Assembly (NCBI RefSeq): GCF_052425735.1
Contig: NC_135763.1
Coordinates: forward strand, 10,230,001-10,294,000
DNA from: Oculina patagonica
Lineage: Eukaryota
Length of the DNA stretch: 64,000 nucleotides
Direction: 5' to 3'
The notes under the pieces are model-generated. The model was not told the DNA's origin. It saw only the letters and a list, made by a program, of their open reading frames with translations, and did not search any database. The position numbers and the translations under genes were made by a program. Below, piece after piece: positions 1-27,366 of this stretch (its first letter is position 1; every line of letters starts with the position of its first letter).

Positions 1-613
1 ACGTTTATGAAGTATTTGGTACGAAAGAGTTTTCTCCGTGGAGCAGGCCGGGGGTACTCCATATAGTGGACTATGCGGAGAGGCTCCGCCATCAAAAACA
101 CTCGAAAAGACCCGCGTCAGGTTGATGTATCTGATCTGACTTTATCGTGACTTTATTTTGGCTCTTTAGTGTTATATTTTCCTTCGTTCAATTAATGTGT
201 TTTCTGTAAATAGTGTAGAATAATAAAAAAATCTGAAATCTGAGTATTTGAAGAGGCTGACTCAAGTAAAACGTTTAGAAGGAAGATGCAGTATTTTTAC
301 CGTAGTTTTGACAAAGGGTATCATTTTCCATGTAAGGTATATAAAATGGTTAAATTTTCTGTCAAGAATAGTATTTTAAGAGATTTAAACTTCGCTAAGT
401 ACAAGGCCTCTCCCGGGAGATCCCTTAGCCGGCTTCACAACTAAACAACATGTAACGTGGGTTTACAATTGACGTGTGCTTATTGGTTAATCTTATGCTG
501 GTAGTTTATTGTTACTTGTGCCACATGTCTGATCTGGAGTGTAAGCTAAGTGAATGAAGAAAACCGATCTTGTGTGTAGTTTAGTGACGGGACGCGCGCG
601 AGAAGAGTAGACC

Positions 614-2625
614 ATGACGACAGAGATTCGAAGAAAGGTACAGTACGTTTTTAAACCCATTAATTCTTATGCAAGTGTGATTTTATCATCAAATTCTATA
701 TCATTCAATATCAAAACGGCGCCAGGCAAGCAGCAGGTGATTACAATCAAGAAATCACAATGAGAGATTGTCGTTTTGTTGTGTCAACAAGTGTTTAAAA
801 GTTACTCTGAAAAATGTAGTGTATTGAAAACATTTCAAGCTTTTTGAAATTTCCTGTTGCGAGGTAGATAAAAGCAACAGCTCAGGGGAAAAAAACCGTC
901 CGCTTTTAACGCCGACAGGCAAAAGACCAGAACCTGTTGCTTTTGCAGACAGCAGGCGGAGAAGATAATTTCCACTTTGATTCTGTAAAACTGGCCATCT
1001 TATGGTCTCTTCTTTGAACAGCGAGTCAAAGAAGGCCTCTTATTCTCAAGGAATCAAGTTGGATATACATGACTGAAGGTTTTACACCTTAGTAACCTGT
1101 CACGGCTTTGAGTGTCTTTGTATTGTACTAGCAGGGTTCAAATGGATGAATGGCGGAAAGTCACTAGTGCGTGATAAATGAGTGTTTACTGTCTCTTTCT
1201 GTTGTTGTTTACTGCAAGCTGTTTGTGCTGCTTGATTATATTTCAAACATTTTGCAACTAAAGTCACTAAAGTTTTGGTAAATAATAAAGATGGTAAATT
1301 TCAAGCTCGGTGATAAATAGTGAAGAAATTATTTAACATGACACGAGCGTGGGACAAAGAAAAATTCTGAGTCCCTGACGGGAATCGAACCCATGGCCTC
1401 CCAGATACCGGTTGGGCGCTCTAACCAACTGAGCTACGAGAGATTCATTGTGAGCTGAGCCATTTACTAGGTTTAGTCATGTTGAATAATTTCTACACTA
1501 TTTATCACCGAGCTTGAAATTTACCATCTTTATTATTCACCACACATTTGATGATTTCGACATTGCTGATCCTAGCAGTATGCAGGACGCGTGTCACATA
1601 TCACTAGTAAATGGCCTAGCTCACAACGAGTCTCTCGTAGCTCAGTTGGCTAGAGCGCCCAACCGGTATCTGGGAGACCATGGGTTCGATTTCCGTCGGG
1701 GACTCAGATTTTTTCTTTGTCCCACGCTCGTGTCATGTTGAATAATTTCTTCACTAAAGTTTTGGTGTTTCCGTAAGTTTCAGAAGACTACTTATCTTTT
1801 TGGTAAACATTAAAACGGGAAAAATCAGGTTCGCCGATTGTCTCCCCAGAGTAAAACACCTGTACTGGGACAGGGGAGGTGGGGGTGGGGGTGTGGAACT
1901 CTCCAGCGTATACTGAGTCAGTATCTCCCTTGTCCACCCTAGACGCATGATTAAACTTGCCGTCAAAAGGGAGGGAGATTGAGGATGATTTAATTTTAGG
2001 TGACCATACTATAGCCTGTAGCGCATACAGTATCCCACTACTATAGTCACATGGAAGACTCCTTTGACACTTCTTTTATTTGTTTGTAGGTTCTTAACCA
2101 CTCTATTACGGTTCTCTTAATAATAGCTGGTTTCTTAATGCTTGCGTCTTCAAGCCACCAAAGTGACAAAGAGGTACTGTATCGGCCTGTTCAATGCATT
2201 ATTATAATGAGTTATTCCTTTTTTTCGGATGCCGACATAACATCTTGATACCAACTTGCGAAGTGTGACATCGAAACCCCGGGGGGGGGTCACTTCCTGT
2301 TTGGCATGTCATGGTTTTTCGTAATGAAAGGGGGCCCGCAGCAAAAGGTAAACGAAAGGGGTGCCCCGCAAAATAGAATGAAAGGGAAGGGGTTGGACCC
2401 GGGGCGGAGCCCCCGAAAAAAACTTTGAGTATCCTCCGGGGCATCGAAATTAGCCTGTCTTTCGGTTATTTTTTTTAGGAGGAAAGTGAAGCTGAGCTTG
2501 AGCACAAAGCCCGGGTCTGGATTAATGCTCTTCTTGATCGTGTGGCCCAAAAACACGACCAGGAAAGGAAAGACCTTCAGAAAAGCCTTGAAAGCGGCGA
2601 AATCCAGATCGAGACGGAAGCCTAA
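614..2625 (+). CDS. Truncated myophilin/calponin-homology-derived small protein with signal-peptide/TM-like exon (84 aa, 3 coding exons)
   Basis: Exons 614-637 (MTTEIRRK|gtacag), 2090-2173 (VLNHSITVLLIIAGFLMLASSSHQSDKE|gtactg) and 2479-2625 (EESEAELEHKARVWINALLDRVAQKHDQERKDLQKSLESGEIQIETEA*). All phase 0, with strong polypyrimidine-AG acceptors. Exon 1 resembles MSAELARK| of the neighbouring myophilins, and exon 3 aligns ungapped to their exon 2. AATAAA at about 2860. Confidence 0.7.
1280..1756 (+). mobile_element. tRNA-headed tandem-type retroelement (256-bp unit) with inverted 5' segment and 16-bp flanking direct repeat
   Basis: Forward unit 1476-1756 has A-box TAGCTCAGTTGG, B-box GGTTCGATTTCC and a T-run. 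Inverted copy at about 1281-1473. TCACTAAAGTTTTGGT occurs at 1264-1279 and 1751-1766. Confidence 0.85.
2278..2441. mobile_element. Short non-autonomous DNA element with CCCGGG-type termini
   Basis: Termini CCCGGGGG...ACTT and GAGTATCCTCCGGGG. Similar termini at about 48-415, 22852-23401 and 31352-31735. Confidence 0.45.
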
Positions 2626-3842
2626 GCCAGGCCACTTGAAGACAATTATTAGCCAACACAAATGAACTTTACATGAAGTGGACACACCTCTTTAAATCAG
2701 GAGGCAGTTAGATAGCTCTGGAATACGTAAAGCTCGAGCAGCGCTGAAAGAACAGCAAATGAAACCATTACTTTCAATGGAGTAGCCCTTGTTTTTCCAT
2801 AATTCTTTTCCCGTTTACGGTTTTCAATCCGATCAAACACAACAGAGGAGTCCCCTCTGAATAAATATTACGTTTATCGATTCTGTTTTTAATATCTGCC
2901 AGGACGCGTTCGTTTTGGGATCAAACCGGAATACGAATAATTGGAATAATGCAAGTGAGCGTTCGTTTGGCTGCTCTTCCTATTCCGGTACATCTATTCC
3001 AGAATATTCCCAAACGAACGCGCCTCAAGTCTTTCTCGTGCCCAGAGGCCGCGATCCTTTGGTCAGCACCAAGAATAGCGATCTTTAGCCGCTTCCGGTC
3101 GTGATTGGCTATTGCAAATAGAATGGAATGAGACCGGAAGAAAGGTTATTTCGATATGACAGACGTAGAAACAACTCTGACATCAAAGTAGCCTGCGAAT
3201 ACAGCCGCCTCTCATTCGCGTCCCGCAACGAAGAGCGAATCAAACACGTGTTTCGCTCTTCGTTGCGGGACGCGAATCCCAAACTCCACAAAACGTAACC
3301 AATAAAAACACTTTTATACAAGAGAAATCGAACTCTTGATTTACATTTAATCCTGGGTTAGTGTTAATCAGCTTTCGAACAACCCGGCCCTCCAGAAGGA
3401 TCGCGGCCTTTGGGGACGAGATTGCTGCATGGGAGGCAATCCGCATGGAAAAACTGGGAAACATTGGGGAAACATGCGCGCTAGGAGTATTTGTTTCCCC
3501 GTTTTTTATGGTCTAAAACAGCAAAGCCATGTTACAAACAGTCACAAACACAAGAGTTTATTCGTACAAAACTACAATTTGCTACAAAGCTGTTTTTGTA
3601 TACAATCTAAAAAAGCAGCGATTTTTTGATTATTTCGAAAATCTTTCGCCTTGGTTAAGTTAGAAACACGTTTTCCCGGCGACCAGAAGGGGAAGTGTAA
3701 AATGACTTCTGCTTCCAAGGCTAGAAAATCAACAATTATGCAAACTATTGTACTCAAAAGTTACATGTAATCTCTTTCTTTTCTAACATTGTACTCTTGT
3801 GATCTGCCGTGACAATCTGCGTTGCGTGACTTCCACAGGGGC

Positions 3843-11605
<7,763 letters not shown>

Positions 11606-12496
11606 TCTGTGTAATTCTTTTTGAACCAACGCTTCAATACAGCAGCAAATTACGCTTTTAGCAGGATCAGGATTAACTCCCAAGAGGTATTCTTGTGGAT
11701 TTTATATTCGCCAAGAATGAAAATTGATTCCAGAGTGACGTCAGCTACGTCACGCCGCTACGCCTCAGTGATCTTCATGTGTATTTCAGACATTTCCGCA
11801 AATTCAGGACAAGAAGCTCGGGCAGATAACCTTTTATCCACCGAAGAATATTTTTTGTTTCAAAATGGCTTCAAAAATGAACAGTGCGTTTAGTATTTTT
11901 TTTGATCACAGGGCCACTTGCTTAGCAGGGTAAAAGATCACAACATAATTGTAACAAATTAAAACTTTTCAATAATTTAGGTGTGCTGTCGAACGTTCTC
12001 GAAGCATTTTTTCTTGGCTACGTTTTTTTTCAGACGCATAATCTGTAAATTAATTCCAATTTAGAACATTTTCGTAGTTCCTGTTACCATATGTGGCTTT
12101 GCAAAAAAATGGCAAAAATGTCCTGGATAAATTCTTTAATACCCAACGCAGACGTTGTTTGGGCTTGTCACGCGTTTCTCCCCATGCGTGACGAGCCCAA
12201 AGAAAGCCTGGGAAGGAGGCTAACGCCAAATCAACAGGGAGTCAACCACATAAATCACACAGAGAAAAATTATTTTATCAAAATTGCTCCTCATCAGAAT
12301 AATTCAACTCTGCCATTGTTAATAACCTTTTCCTCTGTGTAATATTAAAGTGATGGGCTCTATTGTCACTGGCTAATTATGTAAACTGTTCAAGTCCTAA
12401 GATCAATTCTAATATTCTCCTTACCAATTTGTATGCATTTCTTATAATATGGGTGCTAAGAATTTGGTGATCCATCAGGACAATATCTACCCCAAT

Positions 12497-12669
12497 AAGC
12501 ACTTTCCATGACATGGTCATGTGACCTTGTCAATCATAAAATAGGTGGCAGTACAAAACAGCAAATGAAAAGAGCATGATGGAATTAGTAAGGTTGCCAA
12601 TTTTGAGACTGTTATGGTGGTTTGAAAGGTTTGATTTGTATTGTCTCTATGGGTTTTGGGGTCGTTTTT

Positions 12670-12723
<54 letters not shown>

Positions 12724-12949
12724 AATTTACAGGATTTGTATGCTAGATGCAGCAACTTTTTTCCATACAAATTTTCTTAATTCTTCAAACTTTCAAACCA
12801 CTATAAAATATCATGCTTAACCATCGGCAGTCTCAAAATTGGCAACCTTACTACTTTCATTATGCTCTTTCCATTTCTGTCACCATTTGTACTACGACAT
12901 ATTTTTAATGATTGATAAGGTCACATGACCATGTCATGCAAAGGGCCTT
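12497..12949. mobile_element. Foldback-type MITE with long imperfect inverted arms and a central A52 tract
   Basis: CATGACATGGTCATGTGACCTT...AGTAAGGTTGCCAATTTTGAGACTG on the left is mirrored on the right. Poly(A) at 12671-12722. Confidence 0.7.
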
Positions 12950-13558
12950 AGTGATTAATAAGGAGAAATAAGACAAAAATTTCTCTTGGGAATTCAAGAG
13001 TCATTTACAAATTATCTAACCACTCTAAAGGTTGGTACACACAAAGGGACATGCCTTAGCGAAATGAAGCAGCCAAAAAATAATGTATGCTTCACTCAAG
13101 TGGACGTGTAGCAGGGACATGTTGGTGTGCGACATCCCTGTATATCATGCAAACTTTCAGCTCATGCAACACGAGTTGTCATGGTAACACCAACACATCC
13201 CCTTGTGTGAAATGTACATAATTTTGTCCCAACATGTCGCTGTCAACATGTCCAACCTTAATATAATTAATGTCAGAAACAAAATTGTGATTATGGTGAT
13301 AAAGCTGACACAATTTATTCAACACAAATCTCATTCTTTCATTCATTCATTTGCAAGTGATTTGGCTATGAAAACTACTAAAAGTAGCTTAGTTTTGCAC
13401 TCAGTTACTTTAAAGAAAATACACTGTATGTCTATGTTGCCGTTAAAATCTATTCTAACTGTTAAAGAAATCACAGACTGCTTATGATATCTACCACCAA
13501 TCAAAAACTGAGATTGATTTCCATCAGTGACGGGTACTTTCTTGGTTCTTAAGGTCTG

Positions 13559-13759
<201 letters not shown>

Positions 13760-14014
13760 TCAGAGATAAGATAAAGAAAGAAAAAAATTACTTAAGCTCT
13801 TCACAGATTATAAAACTACATCATTGTACAAGTTTATTTACTTTACCTTTTACTAACATACCAATTCTGAAGTTGAATGCCCAACTAACAATAATTATTC
13901 TGCTTTTTTTTTAAAAAAAAAACAGCATATTTTTTAATAAGTTTATCTTTAAGATTCCAGTTTAAGATTCAATTTTTTTATACCGACAGACCGTGTACAA
14001 GAACAATTTAATAT

Positions 14015-14093
14015 ATTCACACAATCTTCATGCACGTATATACAGCTGCGAAAATTCACACAATCTTCATGCACGTATATACAGCTGCGAAAA
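14015..14093. repeat. 39-bp perfect tandem duplication
   Basis: ATTCACACAATCTTCATGCACGTATATACAGCTGCGAAA x2. Confidence 0.9.
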
Positions 14094-15712
14094 ATGAATA
14101 TGAAAGTGGACTTACCTTACCAAATGATTCAGTGATTGGTGAGGTGCTCTTAAGACTGCTAAGATGAAGTGTTTCTGATCACGTATACCATGACTGATAA
14201 GAGTGCCAGATGGAAAGCTTGTACAATTATGTGCTAAGTGTATTTCTTTAATTTAACTGTAATCTTCCTAGTTGAAATCTTGCTGAAAAACCTGCTCTGG
14301 CAAAAAACTACAAAACATCCTCTTTTCTTATTGTGTATTTTGCCTAATAATTGTGCTACCTATATCTGCCTTACTAGACTCAAAAATTTCCGCAACTGAA
14401 CAGTGCTAGCAAAGGTCAAACCACAAGGAAATAAATTTGATATCAAATGTACATAGTACTTAGATGCTTAATTTACAATCATCACCTTTGCCTAAACAAT
14501 CTGTACAAAATGCTTAATGCTGTAATTTAAAACCAATTAAAAAACTCATTAATAATTCATAAAGAAAATACAAAAGAAATTAATGTTTAATGAGTGTAAT
14601 AATAAAAGTAATAATAAAGTAATAAAGTCACGGCTGAACTTTACGTCCAATTTTCTAGGCCAAAATAAGCCCATATCTAAATATTAGTGCAAGAATGAGT
14701 TGATCTACATTAGAAGATTTTTAAGCCGCTCAAGAAATTCGCAGTTCGTGTTTTATCAAGTCTAAAACACGAGGCGCATAAAACACTGCTGCTCATTTAT
14801 TAAACATTACGAAAATACAATAAACTAACTCTCTATAGCAAGGTACACTGACCGTTCTACACGTTATTTGTCTGTTGGCTAAGTGAATGAACAATAATTC
14901 ATAACATATTAAAAGGATGACAAACAGGTTTATGACATATTTGATAGCTATTCCAAATGTATCTTTATTGCTGAATATACTAAAAATGTAGAAATTTAAT
15001 AACAACTTACAGTGAATATAAAATGAAATATAATAACATAATTTGCAATAACAATCTTCACAATAAATTTAGAATCAAAGATTGATTAAAGTATGCACGA
15101 AAAATTATCAAAAATCACAGTTTTATGGCATAATTCACACAAAGATCACCATAATTAATAAATGCTTGAAATTACGTTTTTAGTATGATTTCTGTTCAGT
15201 GGTGGTCAAGACAGTGATACTGTAACAAGCATGTATAAAAAACATGTTCGAGACATTGAATTGCAAAATATTTTATAACGGTTGATTAATTATTGGCTAG
15301 GCTTTATCATAAGGTGCCGTTCTTGAACAATTGAGATACACAAATAATTATTTTGACAATCAAAGTCCCCTAAAACCTCAATCTACTATGATTAAAACTG
15401 CAAATTGTTATCTTTCAGATATTTCTCATATCATCCATTCCACAAAGCTATTGATATGCAACAAAATGCTACAATAAAGACTAACTTTTGCTGAGTCAAC
15501 AATTAAAATTTTAAATTACTAAATATGACAAACAGTGTAAGAAATAGCACAATAGAGCAATTGACAAATGTTTCCATGGTAACACTAAAGAAAAAATTAA
15601 GCCACATCAGTCCAATCCAAGTATTAAACTTTCTTTTTCGGTCAGAACTTATTTGTAGATGTCAATTCTCGCCACCTGTCTTGGGCGGTACGAGGCAGGA
15701 AACCATTGGGGC

Positions 15713-24967
<9,255 letters not shown>

Positions 24968-25543
24968 GATGTTTAGTTCACGAGGAGAAACACAAGGGAA
25001 CGGGTGAAGTTACTACTATGATCGACAAAATAAAAGTGTCTCAAACAACAGAGACGGCCCTTGATAATGCAGCGCCCCAGAATTCTAGCTATTTGGGCGG
25101 GGCACTTGAGTCATGACATAAAGTTTCATTTGCTACGATAAAAGGAATGGATGTTTCAAAGATTTCAGTTTTGCTAAATGAAACATTTCGATTAAACTTT
25201 GCATTCTTGACCAGAAATCGTTACTATTAACAGTGTTAAAGACAAGAATTCTGGAAGGTTCTCAGAATTTTCTCTTTTTTTGGCAGAATGAGAAGGGCGA
25301 CTTAGTATGTGTGACATTTTTTTTTTGAAACCACTTGAACGTCTCTGTCCATTGAATTGTCATTCTCACCTAAATATGATGAAATACACTTTTGCTGAAC
25401 AAAAGCGAAACCAAAACGTATAAATGAACTTGGGTAAAGTCGTCTAAAATACTAGACTAGACTGAACTGAAGTCATGATAAAAACTCGGAGTATTGCAAA
25501 GGTATTTAAATCACTAGCGAGATCCCAGATGGTTACTTAATGT

Positions 25544-25553
25544 CCATAAATGG
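25544..25553. promoter_or_regulatory. CArG box (SRF site) upstream of myophilin copy 2
   Basis: CCATAAATGG matches CC(A/T)6GG, about 580 bp upstream of the ATG. A GC box (GGGCGGGG) lies near 25096. Confidence 0.35.
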
Positions 25554-26489
25554 AAATTTAAAGTTTACAGTTTTCAAATTGATTTGAAGAATGATGGGTC
25601 TTAATATGTCTCCGCAAAGTCGACACATGTTAAGATAATTATTAAATCAAGTTAGCAGAATGAACAAATTTTAATTCTAGAAAGCTCTATGTTATTTCAT
25701 TTTTTAGATGCAAAATTTTTCAAATACACGAAATATGGCGCAATATATTGGTTGTCCGATGTGAAGGAATTTTTAAATAATTCGTGATAAAATTCCAGCC
25801 TGACAACAAGAATCGGTATTGATAAAATGCGTAAACTACAGTGACACCTTCTTTAAAATTGATGTTATCAATATGTCACTACAGCTATCTATCTCAGCAA
25901 AACTTTTCGACACTTCTCAAAACGTACATTCTGACTCTTACAATATCGATTTTTGTGTCACCATATACTCTTTTCCAATCTTTTTTCATCTGCAGATTTT
26001 TAAGAATTTTCCCTGTTATGCGAATGGTAATCTTGACTATTGACAGGTCATATCTTTTGCGGGTATTTGATAGTTCAGACTATTAGAGCAGATGTCAAAA
26101 TAAGCAAATGTCCATTCAATTTGATTTGACCACCAATTTCACGCAAGAATTATTTCCTTTTTTGGCGCTGGTACGGAAAATACACTGCCCTGCTTCTAGA
26201 TTCTTTACCTTTAATTTAATATGCGTTTCCGAGTTTAAGGTGTAACTAACCCTCCTACGTTTTATGGCGTAATAAAATCTCCTGGTTTTCCCTATCCAAG
26301 GGATCCCCGCGTTTCAACCGCCGACTTTTCGTGGGGCACGACCGCGCATGGATGGGTACTAACTACTGACGTCATTAATTTTCAGCTCTCTGCAAACACG
26401 TATATATCCGACGTATTCGGGTCATGGGCTACAGATTGATACAGATGTCTGCATCGTGAATTACTTTTTAGTTACACAAAATTACAATA

Positions 26490-26728
26490 CAGTGCAATCC
26501 CCTGACTCGTCCCCAGTCGTCTCTTATGCGAAAATTGCAAGACGCGAAGGAAAAAGACGACTGGGGACGAGTCAGGTGCAATCCCGATTTTTCGAACCTC
26601 CAAGGGAAACGAAAATTGGTTCGAAAAATCGGGGGGTGGGGGGGGGAATTAGTGTTCAACCGGCGCGACTGAGGGAGACGACTTTTGTTTCGAGTTATCG
26701 GGAGGTTCGAAAAAACGTGATTTCACTG
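26490..26728. mobile_element. Tigger-like MITE with a nested 76-bp MITE
   Basis: Outer TA|CAGTG...CACTG|TA. Inner element 26501-26576 has a 22-bp TIR (CCTGACTCGTCCCCAGTCGTCT) and TSD TGCAATCC. Confidence 0.8.
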
Positions 26729-27366
26729 TAGATATACAACCGCCGTCAAAATGAACCTAAATGCCAGGTCTCTTCCATGGCATGCAAAGACTGCAAATAC
26801 GCTGCAACTGACATGATATATTGGCACTAGCTAGCAGGTCTAATGGGGCAGACAAAATGTGCATACTAACGAAATAAGAACTAATATAAAAATAGCTTTG
26901 AGGTTTCACGCTTTCTATACCTGGATGCTTGAAAGACCGAGGTCACACTCTTGAACCTCAGGAGAAACAGAGATAAAATGTAATGCTATTCTGCTATTCT
27001 TCCGTTCATATCTATTTATATGATCGTGCTACATATTTTTCTTTTTTTGGTGACCTATCTTGAAAATGTCCCTGTTCTATGAGAACTTGATAAGTGAGGG
27101 CACACTTTTCCCTTTACCTATATAGTGGTTCTGAGAAATTCACTGCTCTATGAAAAGGGTACAACAAGGTGCTTTTGAAATGAGAAAATGTGAAAACAGC
27201 TTCATGTTTTTATTTTTTTCTTACACTCTGTCACTATCTCACACTCTGATAAATATTTTTATGTACTACAATTTCCGAACGACAAACTATGTACAATCAT
27301 TTACTATCACAAACGCTATCTTACACTGTAATTCACAATATAAAAATAAATTATGGAAGACTAATG

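Noticed and set aside
2290-2685. 131-aa minus-strand ORF
   Set aside because: Antisense shadow of the + strand exon 2479-2625 plus a MITE; non-ATG start.
13400-13558. Stop-codon read-through after exon 6b (TAA-CAG, open for about 50 codons)
   Set aside because: No recognisable motif or similarity to the paralog tails; compatible with chance.
14108-14160. Strong minus-strand donor AAG|GTAAGT upstream of exon 6b as a duplicate exon 5
   Set aside because: The translation (STSPITESFGK) has no convincing similarity to VICQLHACGRR or VINGLHAFARK, and there is no clear acceptor at the expected distance.
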